DNA of 64,000 nt from Rebecca billardiae RCC1528 (taxonomy: Eukaryota; Protista; Haptophyta): NCBI GenBank assembly GCA_965240325.2, contig OZ251226.1:372001-436000 (forward strand), in the 5' to 3' direction. The notes beneath the pieces were generated by a model. That model made no database searches and was not told the origin of the DNA. It saw nothing but the letters and a program-made list of their open reading frames with translations. Both the position numbers and the translations under genes were made by a program. Shown here piece after piece: positions 11,041-22,133 of the stretch (its first letter is position 1; the number at the start of each line of letters is the position of its first letter).

Positions 11041-12247
11041 TGGCCCGCGGTGCAGGGCGGAGCGCGCAGCGTGGAGCCCGCACCAGCGGGCCCGAACCAC
11101 GTTTCAAAAAGATCTTTGATCAAGAAAAAAGGGACGGGGGGCGGCGGAAAAAAAGGGACGGGGGGCGATTTTTAGGGCTGGCGGAGACCGAGTTTCGAGT
11201 TTTTGAGATCGCATTGAGAGGTCTATCAGGCCAAAAAAAAGCGCGCCCAGCTGATTCCCTTAAGTAAAGTGCGATCTGGACGTCAGCTGGACGTGACATT
11301 AGTGTAACGGTTCGTTACGAGCGAATCGTACTCGTCTTCCCGGATCGCGTGACGTCCGGACTGGGCCACATCCGGATCGTCGGAGGTGACGTGCCCCGGC
11401 ACGATGGGCGATGGCGGATATGCGGGACGGCGCCTGCACGTGCCTCCGGACCCGCCTCCCGCTTGCTGCTCACGCAGTCAGCTGCGACCGTGGCGCATGA
11501 TCGCAGAAGCAGTGCCGGCAGTACGGCCTGCATCAGCTAGTGCCGCGCCGTCGTGGCGCGCGCGGTACGGTTGCGCGTTTGCAGCGCTCGCCGCTCGGGC
11601 TCGGCGACGGCACGCGCGTGCGGCTCAGGTGTGTCAAATGCGGTCTCGTCGGCGCGCTTTCGCCTGCCACCTCGTGCACCCGTGCCGCCAGTTTCATCGT
11701 CTTCATGAGGACTGCTGCTGCTGTCGCCATCCGCTCTCCATCACCCCGAGTCGCCGGTCGCGCGGCGCGCGCGGTAGGCACTAGGCAGGGCGTACGGTCA
11801 CTCACCCGTGCAACGGGTCAAGTGGCCAGAGTACGTCTGGTCGTTGGCTGGCACGGGCCGCAGCGCTAAAGCACCCTGCTGTCACACCCGACTCCTTCAG
11901 TACTCCGAGCTCCGCGGCACGACTCACTCGGCACGATCGCGGACGGGTCGGATCGGATCCGAGCTGATCAGCCAGTTGGACATTTGGCAGCTAGTTGTCA
12001 GACGGACGTCCGATTTGACGACCGGTGCCGGGTGCGGTCTCAGGTCCGCTGCTGTGATTGTGTGAAGTGTGAATGAGTCTCGCGGTCGCGCAGGCAGGGC
12101 GACGGTCGGACTAATATAGCTTCAGTCATCTCAGAACCGACTTCAACTGGCGAACTGCCACTACGGCGGAGAGCCGCGATTGCACGGCCACCGCGGGCCC
12201 CCAACTGCGTTGATTCTATGCAGAAAAGGACCGCGGAACGCGGTCAT
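11041..12247 (+). mobile_element. Non-autonomous Helitron2/Helentron-like element, copy 2 (different interior)
   Basis: Same 5' end. The 3' end is CACCGCGGGCC...GGACCGCGGAACGCGGTCAT. Both flanks are T runs (TCTTT | TTT). Confidence 0.7.
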
Positions 12248-12730
12248 TTTTATAGTCGTACTGATGTAGTCGTCTGACGATGATGACGGAATTTCGTCGT
12301 CTCACTGCGCGGCACTACGTCTATCTACGACTACGTGTGGCACTCGTCGACGTCATCTGTGCGATCGATGAACATGAAGCCGCGTATTTGATTAGCTGCT
12401 TGATATGGAAACGCGCTACTGGCGGGGTACTGTACTACTGGGTATGCCATGTCACACTCACAGTTGACTGCCATGGCCCCACGGCGGCTGCCAGCTGGCT
12501 GGACAGCCGCAGGCGCGCCGGCAGCTTGACAAGAGGGCCGTGCCACGTGGCACGGAGAGGACGACGACAGGAGCTGCTGCCGCTGAGCTGCGGTACGATC
12601 CTGATTGATCCGGAGGGGCGACGGGCAGGGTGCGCGTGTCAACACGCGCCGCCGGGCGCGGGTGCGAGCCGACGAGCGCGTGCGCGCGTTGCAGAGGGGC
12701 CGCCGTCCACACCTCACAGCTGGCGGCTCG

Positions 12731-15700
12731 TCAGATGAATTGCACGTTGAAGGCCACGGAGGTGGGCAGCTCGTACAGCTCCCACACGTAGTTGATGTAT
12801 GGCCACGCCGCGAGCAGCAGCAGGCCGGCGGCGATCGCGGCCGCCTTCACACGATGCCGATTGATCAGATCGCGCGTCGACGCGAGCGCCGCGCCACCCG
12901 AGCGGCCGGCGCCGACGACCGCGTCGCCCGTGCGCGAGCCCAGGGCGGCGAGCGCGCCGCCCAGAGCGCCCAGCCCCGACTGCGCCTGCGGACGCACGCG
13001 CCGCGCGTGCGGAGGCGAGCGGGGGCGGCGCGGCGGCAGCGCAGAGGCGTGCGTGAACGGGCGTCCGGCCGCACTCACGTGGTGGGCTGGCTGGGCGGCG
13101 GCGCGCGGGTGGCGGCGCGCAGGCGCGGCGGCGCGCGGCCAACGCACCGAGCCCAGGCTGGCTGAGCCGGCTGCTCCGATGGAGCGGATGCAGGAGGCGA
13201 CGACGGTGGCGATGGCCGCGCGCGCCGCTGCGGCGCGCGCGGCGACGGCCAGCGCCGCTGCGCTCACCGCGCGCACGAGGCGCGCACAAGCCGCCTGCGG
13301 CGCGCGGCGCGGGCGGAGGGCAGCGGGTGCGGCCGTGGGCAGGCGGCTCCGTGAGATCGGGCCGAGCGGCGCGCGGCGGGCGGGCGCGCGCGCCGCAGCG
13401 AGGAGGAGACGCACCGTCAGCGCGCCAGAAGTGGCGGAGGCACAGCTCTGGGCGGCCAGCGCGGCCTTGGAGCCCGCGCTCGCGAGTGCGCTCCCGACGG
13501 CGACCGGCACCCCGGCCACGCCACGCGCCGCGCCGGCGACGCCGCCCGCGACGGCGGCGGTGGCATTCTTGACGCCGCTGCCAGTCGCACGCGCCGCGCC
13601 GGCGACGCCGCCGGCGACGGCGGCGGTGGCGTTCTTGACGCCGCCGCCGGTGGCACGCGCCGCGCCCGCCACGCCGCCGGCGACAGCGGCGGTGGCGTTC
13701 TTGACGCCGCCGCCAGTCGCACGCGCCGCGCCGGCGACGCCGCCCGCGACGGCGGCGGTGGCATTCTTGACGCCGCCGCCAGTCGCACGCGCCGCGCCGG
13801 CGACGCCGCCGGCGACGGCGGCGGTGGCGTTCTTGACGCCGCCGCCGGTGGCACGCGCCGCGCCCGCCACGCCGCCGGCGACAGCGGCGGTGGCGTTCTT
13901 GACGCCGCCGCCAGTCGCACGCGCCGCGCCGGCGACGCCGCCCGCGACGGCGGCGGTGGCGTTCTTGACGCCGCCGCCAGTCGCACGCGCCGCGCCGGCG
14001 ACGCCGCCGGCGACGGCGGCAGTGGCGTTCTTGACGCCGCCGCCGGTGGCACGCGCCGCGCCCGCCACGCCGCCGGCGACAGCGGCGGTGGCGTTCTTGA
14101 CGCCGCTGCCAGTCGCACGCGCCGCGCCCGCCACGCCGCCCGCCGCGCCCGTCACGGCCGACACCGTGGCGCCGCCGAGGTTGTCCAGCGACGCGCGAGC
14201 CGAGTCGAGCGCGGAGCGCGCCGCGTGCAGCGCAGACGAAGCCTTCTGAACGGGCGCGACGCGAGCGATCGCGCCGTCGACCGCGTCGACCGCCCCCTCG
14301 ACGGCGCGCACAACGGCGGTGAGGGCGCCCACAGCCGCGGCGTCGGCTGCGCTCACCGTCGCGCCCGCCGCGCCGCGCACGCCACGGCCCGCGGCTCCGA
14401 ACGCGCTGCCGACACCGCGGACCGAGCCGACGGCCACGCCGGCGAGCGCGTCGCGCGCCGCGCGCGCGGCGTCGCCGAGCGCGCCCGCCGCGGAGCGCAC
14501 GCCCGAGAGCGCGCCCTTGGCGCCGCCGCCGGCAGCGCTGCCGGTGGCGGCGAGCGCTGAGCCGAGCGCGTCGCGCGCCGACGCGAGCGAGCTGCGTGCC
14601 GCCTGCAGCGCCGCGCCGGCGGCGGTGCCCACGCCACCGACAGCGCCAATCGCTCCCTTGAGCGCCGCGTCCGCTGCGCTCGCCGCCGCCATCGCCGCGG
14701 CTGTCGTGGCGTCGAGCGCGCCGCTCGCCGCGCCGCGGACCGCGGCGGCGCCGCCGGCCACGCGCCGCCGCGGCTCTGCGGCTGCGACCGCCGAATCCAC
14801 CGCGTCGATCGCCGCCTCGGTCGCTCGGACGACGGCGGTGAGGGCGGCGACGGCTGTCGAGTCGAGAGCGCGCGCGGCCGCGCCGGGCGCGTCCACTGCC
14901 TTCTGCGCCGCGCCGACGGCGGCGTCGGCGGCGCTGGCGGCGGCGGGCGCGAGCTTGTCCGCGGCCGCGTCCACAGTCCTGTCCGCCGCCTTCACGACCG
15001 TCGCGAGAACGCCCGTCGCCGCCGAGTCGGCCTTGCTCACGGCGGCGGCGGGCACAGCAAACGCGGCCGCGGCGGCGGCTGGTGCCTGCTCGCGCAGCGC
15101 GGCGGCCGCCTTGCGCGCGGCCTCGGCGAGCGCGGCGGCCTTGGCGCGCGGCGACTTGGAGGGCTTGCCAGCGCCGGCGGCGGCATCGGCAGCGCCGGCG
15201 GTGCCGGGCGCGGGCTCGAGATCCGCCTCCTCGGCGGCGAGAGCGGCCTCGGCGGCGCGGCGGGCCGCGGCCTCGCGCTCGGCAGACTCGGCGGCGGCGG
15301 CCTTGCGCGAGGCGGCTGCCTCGGCCGCGGCCGCCTCCGCCTCGGCCGCCTCGCAAGCGGCCGCCTCGCGAGCGGCCGCCTCCTCTGCCGCCGCCGTGCG
15401 CGCCGCCTCGGCCTCGGCCGCCTGGCGTGCGGCCGCCTCGCGAGCGGCCGCCTCGCGAGCGGCCGCCTCCTCTGCCGCCGCCGTGCGCGCCGCCTCGGCC
15501 TCGGCCGCCTGGCGGGCGGCCGCCTCGCGCGCGGCCGCCTCCTCCGCCGCGGCCGTGCGCGCCGCCTGCTCCTGTGCCGCCTTGCGCGCCGCCTCCTCCG
15601 CCGCCGCCTTGCGCGCCGCCTCCGCCTCGGCCATCTGGCGGGCGGTCGCCTCTCGAGCGGCCGCCTCTGCCGCCGCCTTCTCGCGCGCCGCCTCCTCGAG

Positions 15701-18700
15701 CGCCGCCTTGCGCGCCGCCTCCGCCTCGGCCATCTGGCGGGCGGTCGCCTCTCGAGCGGCCGCCTCCGCCTCCGCCGCCTTGCGCTCCGCCGCCTCCTCC
15801 TCAGCCTTGCGCGCCGCGTCGGCCTCCGCAGCGGCCTGACGCGCCGCGGCGTCCGCCGCCTTGCGCGCCGCCTCCATCCGCGCGGCCGAGGACTCGGCGG
15901 CGGCCGCCCCGGTGTCGAGCACGCCGTCCGCGCCGGCGGGCGGCGAGGGCGGCGCCGCCTTGTCGCGGCGCGGGAGCGACAGCCGAGACTTGGCGGCCGA
16001 GGTGGCGCCACCGGCCGCCGACTTGAGAGCGGAGGGCCCGCGGCTGAGCCCGTCGCGCACTGCGCTGGCTGCGGCGCGCGTGCGCTGCGCGGCGGATGCG
16101 AGCACGGGCGCGGCGGCGTCGCACACGCCGTCGACGGCGCCCTCCGTCACGCGGCACACGGCGCCCAGGGCGCCGACGGCCGCGCTGTCCGCCGCGCCCA
16201 CCGCCGCGCCGGGCGCCGCCGCCGCGGCGCGAGCGAGCTTGGTCGTGCCGCCGCCGACCGCCGTCGCGCCCGCGACGCTCGCGGCGGCGAGGCCGGTGAC
16301 GGCGGGCGCGGCGGTGTCGATGGTGCGCTCGATCGCCGCCTCGGTGGCGCGCACGACGGCGGTGAGCGCGGAGACGGCCGCCCCGTCGATCGCGCCCAGC
16401 GCCGCGCCCGGCGCGTCGCGCGCCGCCGCGCCCGCCGCGCCGAGCTTCTCGAGCGGGCGCGCGGCGCCGAGTGCAGACTCTGCCGTGTCCGCGGCGCCGT
16501 CGACACAGGCTTCCACGGCGCGCACCGCGGCGGTGAGCGCGCGCACCGCGGCGGCGTCGGCGGCGGCGACGGCGGCGGCGGCTCCCTTGGTCGTGGCACC
16601 CGCCGCGCGCTCGACGGCACTTGCGGCCGACTCCGCCGCCGTCGCCGCGAGCGCGAGCGGGTTGGGGATGGCGCCGCCGACGGCGCGCGCGCGCTCGGCC
16701 GCGGCGCGCAGCGCCGCGCCCGCGGCCGAGCGCGAGCTCGTGCTCGCGGCGCGCACGGCGCTCGCGGCGGCGCGGAGCGCGTCGGAGGCGGCACCCGCCG
16801 ACGCCGCGCCCGCGCCGCGCACCGCGTCGACGCCGCCGATCGCCGCGTCCACCGCGCGCATCAGCGCGTCGCCGACGACCGCGCGCGTGCCCGCCAGCTT
16901 GGCCTGCGCGGCGGTGAACGCTTCAAGGGCAAACGGAGCGGCGCGCGCGGCCGCGGCGGCCGTCGCGTCGATGGCGGCGTCGGTCGCGGCGACGGCGGCG
17001 GCGAGCGCGCGCACGGCGGCGGCGTTGCTCGCCGCGAGCGCGCGCGCGGGCACGCTCCCGAGCGCGCGCGCGCCGTTGCCCAGCCCGCCGGCCGCGGTCG
17101 CCGCGGCGGATTGGGCCGTTTTGAGAGCGTCGCCCGCCGCGCTCAGCGCCGAGCGCGCCGCGCTACCCGGGGCGAGGCCGCTCGACGCCGAGCGCACGGC
17201 GGTGGCAGCCGCGTCCACGGCCGCGCGCACGGCGCGCACGGCGCGCGCCGCGCCGTCGCGCGCCGCGCCCGCGCCGCCCTTGGCGCGCTCGAGCGGGGCG
17301 ATCGCGCTGAGGGCTGCGTCCGTCGCGTCCGCGGCGGCGTCCACCGCGCGACGCGCCGCGGCCACCGCCTTCTCCGGCGCGCCGTCGAGCGCGGAGCGCG
17401 CCCTGTCGAGCGCCTTCTTGGCGGCGTCGAGCGGCGCGCGCACGTCGGACGGGCTGCTCGAAGCGTTCATCCGGATCGACGCGAGCTCGCGCCCGACCGC
17501 CTGCAGCTCCGACTGCGACGAGCCCTCGCCCCACGCGTACATCTGCTCGAGCGCCGCCGCCGCCGCCGCGGTCGCCGCCGCCGCCGCCTCCTCCGACTCC
17601 GCCTCCAGCTCGGGCAGCATCTCGGAGTCCGGCTCGGCGTCGGCGGGCGCGGGCGGCGCGCTCGCCTCGTCCTGCTCAGCGTCAGCGGGGCCGTTCGCCC
17701 GGCGGTAGTAGCTGAGCATGCGCTCGCGCGCCTCGTCGGCCAGCTCGTCCAATGAGCCGCGAGGTGGCGGCTGGGAAGGCTGCGCGGCCGCGGGCGGAGG
17801 CGCCGCCGCCGCTGATGACGACGTGGGCGAGGGGAGCGGTGGCAGCGGTGTGGCGCGCTTGGCGGTCACCACCGGCGCCGGCGGCGGCACCGGCGGCATC
17901 GCCGCGGCCGGCCGTGCGGCCGGCGGCGGCGGCGGCGGTGCCAGCGGCATCGCCGTCATCGGCGGCGGCAGCGGCGTGGCGCGCTTGGGCGTGGCCAGCG
18001 GCGGCGGCGGCGTGACAGCCAGCGGCGGCGCGGCCACGGGCGGTGGTGGCGGCGGCGCCATCGGCACCGGCGGTGGCAGCGGTGTGGCGCGCTTGGCGGT
18101 CACCACCGGCGCCGGCGGCGGCACCGGCGGCATCGCCGCGGCCGGCCGCGCGGCCGGCGGCGGCGGCGGCGGTGCCAGCGGCATCGCCGTCATCGGCGGC
18201 GGCAGCGGCGTGGCGCGCTTGGGCGTGGCCAGCGGCGGCGGCGGCGCGACGGCTACCGGCGGCGTACCGCCCGCGGACGCCGCCGCCACCGGCTGCTGCT
18301 GCTGCGCCGCCGGCTCCGCGCCGGCCGCCGCCTGCATACCCTGCAGAGACGCGACGACCGCAGCGGCGGCGGCTGCGGCGGCGCGCGCCTTGTCCGCCTG
18401 CTCCTGGGCATTGGCAGCGGCCGTGCACGCGACGGCCGCCTCGGCGGCCGCCCCGCGGGCGGCGTCGAACGCCTTCTGCCGCTCCGCTTGGACGGTGCTC
18501 AGCGCCGCTGCGAGCACCGTCGCGGCCACGTCCGCGCGCGTGCACTCTGCGAGCGCAAGGGCCGCGTCAGCGTCCGCGCGCGCCGCCTCTGCGTCCGCCA
18601 TCGCAGCGGCAGAGGCCGCGCTCGCCGCCTTGAGCTCGGCACGCGCGGTGTCCGCGTCGCGCGCGGCGTCGGCCGCGGCGGCCTCCGCCGCAGCGGCCGC

Positions 18701-20095
18701 CTCCGCGGCACGCCGGCGCGCCGCCTCCGCGCTCGCGCTCGACTCAACCCGCTCCTCCTTCGGCGGCGGCGCCAGCCCGGACGCTGCGCGCTGCGCTGAG
18801 AGCAGGGCTGAGGCCTCGCGCCGCGCCGCGTCGCGCTTCGCGCCGTCGGCGGCGCGCTCCCGCGCCGCGCTCTCGTCCAGCAGCGCCTGCTCCTTCCGCT
18901 GCCGGGCGGCCGTCGCCTCCCGCGCCAGTCTTGCCTCCTCCACCGCCTCGGCGCGCACGCGCGCCGCCGCCTCCTTGAGCTGAGCAGAGCGCGCGGCTGC
19001 GTCGGCCTCGGCCGCGGCCGCCGCCTGCTCCTCCGCCGCCGCCGCCGCCGCGTCGACGTTCGCCGCGGCCTGCTCGACGCGTGCGACCACCTGCTCGGGC
19101 GGCATAGGCCTCGGGCCCGCGCGCTCTGCAGCGGACGGCGTCGGAGTGGCCGCCGCGCCCGACGGCGGCGGCGCGGCGAGCACACTCGCGCCCATCGGCG
19201 GCGGCAGCGGTGTCTGCCGCTTGGGCAGCGACAGCGGCTGAGGCGGCGGGAGCGCCGGCGCGGCGCTGGGCGCAGGCGTGAGCGATACGGCTGGCGGCGG
19301 CGGGGCACGGGGCGAGGGGGGCACGGGCGGAGGGAGCGGCGTCGTGCGCTTCGCGCCGACCGTGGGCTTCGTCGCCGCCCCGTTCGACTCCTCCGCCGCC
19401 GCCGTCGTCATCGGGCGTGCTCGCTCGGTCTGGGGCGCCTGCGCCGGCGGCGGGAATGATGATGGTGGCGGCATCGACGAGGCCACCGGCGGCGGCGCAG
19501 CGCCCGGCTGCAGCGGGTCGTCCTCGACGATGGCCAGAACGGCAGGCGCGAGGCTCATCGGCCGCTTCGAGCCAGCCAGCAGCCGCGCGCCCAGGCCGCC
19601 GCCAGCGACGGAGCCGCCCACCGCGACCGCCTGCGCCGCCTGCGCCGGCGTGAGCGCCTGCGACTTGTCGAGCAGGCGGAAGGGCTTGATGCCGGCGGGG
19701 CCGATGTCCGACGCGGCGGGCGTGCCAGGGGCTGCATCGAATGCCGCCTCCAGGCCCTCAAACCTCGTTGCAGCCGCCTCCGGCGCCGTGGTGCTAGCCT
19801 CAGCTGAGGCCGGTGGGCCGAGGCCCTCTGCGAGCACGTGCGCGGCGTCGCTGGCTGCCCGTGGAGAGGGCGCCGCGCTGGCCGAGGAGTTCGTCGGGTC
19901 GGTGAAGAGTCCAACCGCCAGCCCACCAGTCGCCACCTTGATCGCCTCGCGCCGCGACAGGGACGCGCCCAGCCTGTCGGCGGGTTGCGCGCCGCGCATG
20001 TTGCGAGCGCCCGTGCGGCCGAAGTGCACGGCATGCGTGCCGGCGAGCGCGCAGGCGACGAGCGCGAAGAGCTGCAAGCGGAGCGCAAGCCTCAT
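12731..20095 (-). CDS. Giant Ala/Pro-rich repeat protein with signal peptide, Tat-like motif and C-terminal TM; probable introns 13295-13414 and 12986-13147
   Basis: ORF >7 kb. N-terminus 'MRLALRLQLFALVACALAG' then 'LSRREAIKVATGGLAVGLF'. Contains EAAAR coiled-coil repeats, KRxTPLPP repeats, 22-aa repeats and a C-terminal 'AAAIAAGLLLLAAWPYI'. Confidence 0.75.
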   Translation of the reverse strand: MRLALRLQLFALVACALAGTHAVHFGRTGARNMRGAQPADRLGASLSRREAIKVATGGLAVGLFTDPTNSSASAAPSPRAASDAAHVLAEGLGPPASAEASTTAPEAAATRFEGLEAAFDAAPGTPAASDIGPAGIKPFRLLDKSQALTPAQAAQAVAVGGSVAGGGLGARLLAGSKRPMSLAPAVLAIVEDDPLQPGAAPPPVASSMPPPSSFPPPAQAPQTERARPMTTAAAEESNGAATKPTVGAKRTTPLPPPVPPSPRAPPPPAVSLTPAPSAAPALPPPQPLSLPKRQTPLPPPMGASVLAAPPPSGAAATPTPSAAERAGPRPMPPEQVVARVEQAAANVDAAAAAAEEQAAAAAEADAAARSAQLKEAAARVRAEAVEEARLAREATAARQRKEQALLDESAARERAADGAKRDAARREASALLSAQRAASGLAPPPKEERVESSASAEAARRRAAEAAAAAEAAAADAARDADTARAELKAASAASAAAMADAEAARADADAALALAECTRADVAATVLAAALSTVQAERQKAFDAARGAAAEAAVACTAAANAQEQADKARAAAAAAAAVVASLQGMQAAAGAEPAAQQQQPVAAASAGGTPPVAVAPPPPLATPKRATPLPPPMTAMPLAPPPPPPAARPAAAMPPVPPPAPVVTAKRATPLPPPVPMAPPPPPPVAAPPLAVTPPPPLATPKRATPLPPPMTAMPLAPPPPPPAARPAAAMPPVPPPAPVVTAKRATPLPPLPSPTSSSAAAAPPPAAAQPSQPPPRGSLDELADEARERMLSYYRRANGPADAEQDEASAPPAPADAEPDSEMLPELEAESEEAAAAATAAAAAALEQMYAWGEGSSQSELQAVGRELASIRMNASSSPSDVRAPLDAAKKALDRARSALDGAPEKAVAAARRAVDAAADATDAALSAIAPLERAKGGAGAARDGAARAVRAVRAAVDAAATAVRSASSGLAPGSAARSALSAAGDALKTAQSAAATAAGGLGNGARALGSVPARALAASNAAAVRALAAAVAATDAAIDATAAAAARAAPFALEAFTAAQAKLAGTRAVVGDALMRAVDAAIGGVDAVRGAGAASAGAASDALRAAASAVRAASTSSRSAAGAALRAAAERARAVGGAIPNPLALAATAAESAASAVERAAGATTKGAAAAVAAADAAAVRALTAAVRAVEACVDGAADTAESALGAARPLEKLGAAGAAARDAPGAALGAIDGAAVSALTAVVRATEAAIERTIDTAAPAVTGLAAASVAGATAVGGGTTKLARAAAAAPGAAVGAADSAAVGALGAVCRVTEGAVDGVCDAAAPVLASAAQRTRAAASAVRDGLSRGPSALKSAAGGATSAAKSRLSLPRRDKAAPPSPPAGADGVLDTGAAAAESSAARMEAARKAADAAARQAAAEADAARKAEEEAAERKAAEAEAAAREATARQMAEAEAARKAALEEAAREKAAAEAAAREATARQMAEAEAARKAAAEEAARKAAQEQAARTAAAEEAAAREAAARQAAEAEAARTAAAEEAAAREAAAREAAARQAAEAEAARTAAAEEAAAREAAACEAAEAEAAAAEAAASRKAAAAESAEREAAARRAAEAALAAEEADLEPAPGTAGAADAAAGAGKPSKSPRAKAAALAEAARKAAAALREQAPAAAAAAFAVPAAAVSKADSAATGVLATVVKAADRTVDAAADKLAPAAASAADAAVGAAQKAVDAPGAAARALDSTAVAALTAVVRATEAAIDAVDSAVAAAEPRRRVAGGAAAVRGAASGALDATTAAAMAAASAADAALKGAIGAVGGVGTAAGAALQAARSSLASARDALGSALAATGSAAGGGAKGALSGVRSAAGALGDAARAARDALAGVAVGSVRGVGSAFGAAGRGVRGAAGATVSAADAAAVGALTAVVRAVEGAVDAVDGAIARVAPVQKASSALHAARSALDSARASLDNLGGATVSAVTGAAGGVAGAARATGSGVKNATAAVAGGVAGAARATGGGVKNATAAVAGGVAGAARATGGGVKNATAAVAGGVAGAARATGGGVKNATAAVAGGVAGAARATGGGVKNATAAVAGGVAGAARATGGGVKNATAAVAGGVAGAARATGGGVKNATAAVAGGVAGAARATGGGVKNATAAVAGGVAGAARATGSGVKNATAAVAGGVAGAARGVAGVPVAVGSALASAGSKAALAAQSCASATSGALTVRLLLAAARAPARRAPLGPISRSRLPTAAPAALRPRRAPQAACARLVRAVSAAALAVAARAAAARAAIATVVASCIRSIGAAGSASLGSVRWPRAAAPARRHPRAAAQPAHHVSAAGRPFTHASALPPRRPRSPPHARRVRPQAQSGLGALGGALAALGSRTGDAVVGAGRSGGAALASTRDLINRHRVKAAAIAAGLLLLAAWPYINYVWELYELPTSVAFNVQFI
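13520..14140 (-). repeat. Coding tandem repeat, 66-bp unit x ~9 (ATGGGVKNATAAVAGGVAGAAR)
   Basis: TTCTTGACGCC recurs every 66 bp from ~13566 to ~14094. Confidence 0.9.
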
Positions 20096-21255
20096 GCCGC
20101 CGGCGCGTGAGCTGCCTGCCCGAGCTCGCCGGCGGGTGAAGTCCTGGGCCCGCCCTGCGCGGGGCCGATGCCGAGCCTGGCGCGCAGCTGAGATCGTCGG
20201 CCTCTCACCGCGAGGACCGCTGCCGCGCTGCGCGAAGCGAGCTCGGCTGTCGGGCGAGCAAGGCATCTTGCCTCGCCGCCTCGCGTGCGCTGTGCGCGCG
20301 CGTCCGGGCGAGGGCCGATGACTGCCGGCCCTTTCGGCTTGGAAGTGGTCAACGCTCCCGGACCGCAAGCAGCTCGCTACCCGGTACTCGGTAGCGAGCG
20401 GTGGCAGTTACGGAACCCTTTGATGACCAGCTGCTGCAGCCATTATTATTTTCTGCATGCTCGGCTTGCATACCTATTACCTCACGTCCGTCGTGGGGTG
20501 CAACGGACAGGCGGTCAACGGAGTCAGTGAAGCTGTAGCCGATCGGTCAGCAGGGTCGGTAGCGGATCTGTCCACCCAGTCCCAGAAAGCCCCTGAGCCC
20601 GTCTTTACTCAGAGTAAAGTCTTTAGGATTCGTCTTCGGCTTCAGCGGGCTCAAAAGACAAAACCTACCGACGGTAGGTTTTCATTTTGAGCTCAGTGAC
20701 TAAGAAATGGGCTGGCAACGAATGGCTGCGGGTATTTCTCAATACCAGGGGCCTTGATGTAGGGGGCTGGCACGGGTGGAGCAGACTGAGCAGGTCTGGA
20801 CGAACACCATTCAGGGTCAAACGGTCCCAGACGTCGATGGGTCCGGACGCGGGTCGCAGCGACGCCCCCACTGGACCGGACTCGTACCGCGTCAGATGAC
20901 TACCGTCTCAGTGCCGTCAGTCTGTGCGGCGTCAAGGCGCGTGCCCGCAGCGGCCACCGCGGTGGTCGCGGTGCCACGCATCGTTAGCCGCCGCTGGCTT
21001 GCATATGACCGATGAAGCGGACGACACGGAGTCACTTCAGACGTGAGATGATCGAACTGTAAAAAAGACTTATTATAAAATGAAAGTAACACTGTAGCGT
21101 ACAGTCCTACCTGTAGTGTCGTTAAATCATAGAATGAGTCAGCGGCACGCACAATAATAATAAATAGGGAAATGCTACATGACTGCAAATGGCGGCAATA
21201 CTCGACGGTTCCGCGGGTTCGGGTGAGTCGACGATCGATCACGATCGAAGCTAAT

Positions 21256-21257
<2 letters not shown>

Positions 21258-21325
<68 letters not shown>

Positions 21326-21428
21326 ACAGTAAAGAAATCGATTTTCGGCGTTACCGTAACCCGTCCGCACATCCGCCCAGTGGGGATGCGGGGGATTTTT
21401 TTTCATGCCCCGTTCGCGGCACTTCGCG

Positions 21429-21475
<47 letters not shown>
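21258..21475. repeat. (TA)n and two (TG)n microsatellites flanking a ~105-bp unique segment
   Basis: Directly visible in the sequence. Confidence 0.9.
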
Positions 21476-21476
<1 letters not shown>

Positions 21477-22133
21477 TCGCGTGAAACGTTATATTAGAAT
21501 CATCAAGCTCGTGCCTCGTCGTCGGTCTCGGAGCGGCGATGCAGGCGGCTTGCTGGCTCACGACTATCACTCTTGACCCTCGCCCCGGGCACGCGCCCGA
21601 CCCGCGCCGACCGCTCCGCGCATCGAGCGCGCGCTGGCGCCTGGCGCGCGGCCACAGCTGGCTCATAGCGCGGCGCGCGGGCGGCGGGCGCGTGCTGGCC
21701 TGGTGCGGTGTGGGAGGGTACTACTGTACACGCGGTTCAGCATGGTGATAAATGGCGCACGCCGCCTCTCCTTTCCGGCCGGTGCATCGGGCGCAGGAGC
21801 GCGTGCCACGTGCGGCCGCGCGCCGTCCAGGCGGCCCCCAGCGGCCAGGCCCCAGGGCCAGGATGATGGGGAAAACACTGAGGGCCGCAGCAGAACCTCG
21901 CTGTGCCGCCCGGATGTGGCGTCGTTCTCGCAGCATAGCCACAAGGTTGCCAGACGACTCCGGCGCGCGCACGCGCGCACACACGACTTGCCTCGCACGC
22001 GGAAGTCGTTCGGGCGCCCAGCTGGGCCCAACCTCCGCCGTGGACGCCTCGTGTTGGGCTGCGTGCTGGCTCGCCCACCACGCGCGCAATGACCCAGCTC
22101 GCGAGCGCGAGAATCTGCGCCCTGCCCGCGGAC

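Noticed and set aside
13520-14140. Regular repeats resembling a CRISPR array
   Set aside because: No unique spacers; this is an in-frame 66-bp coding repeat in a eukaryotic gene, with no cas genes.
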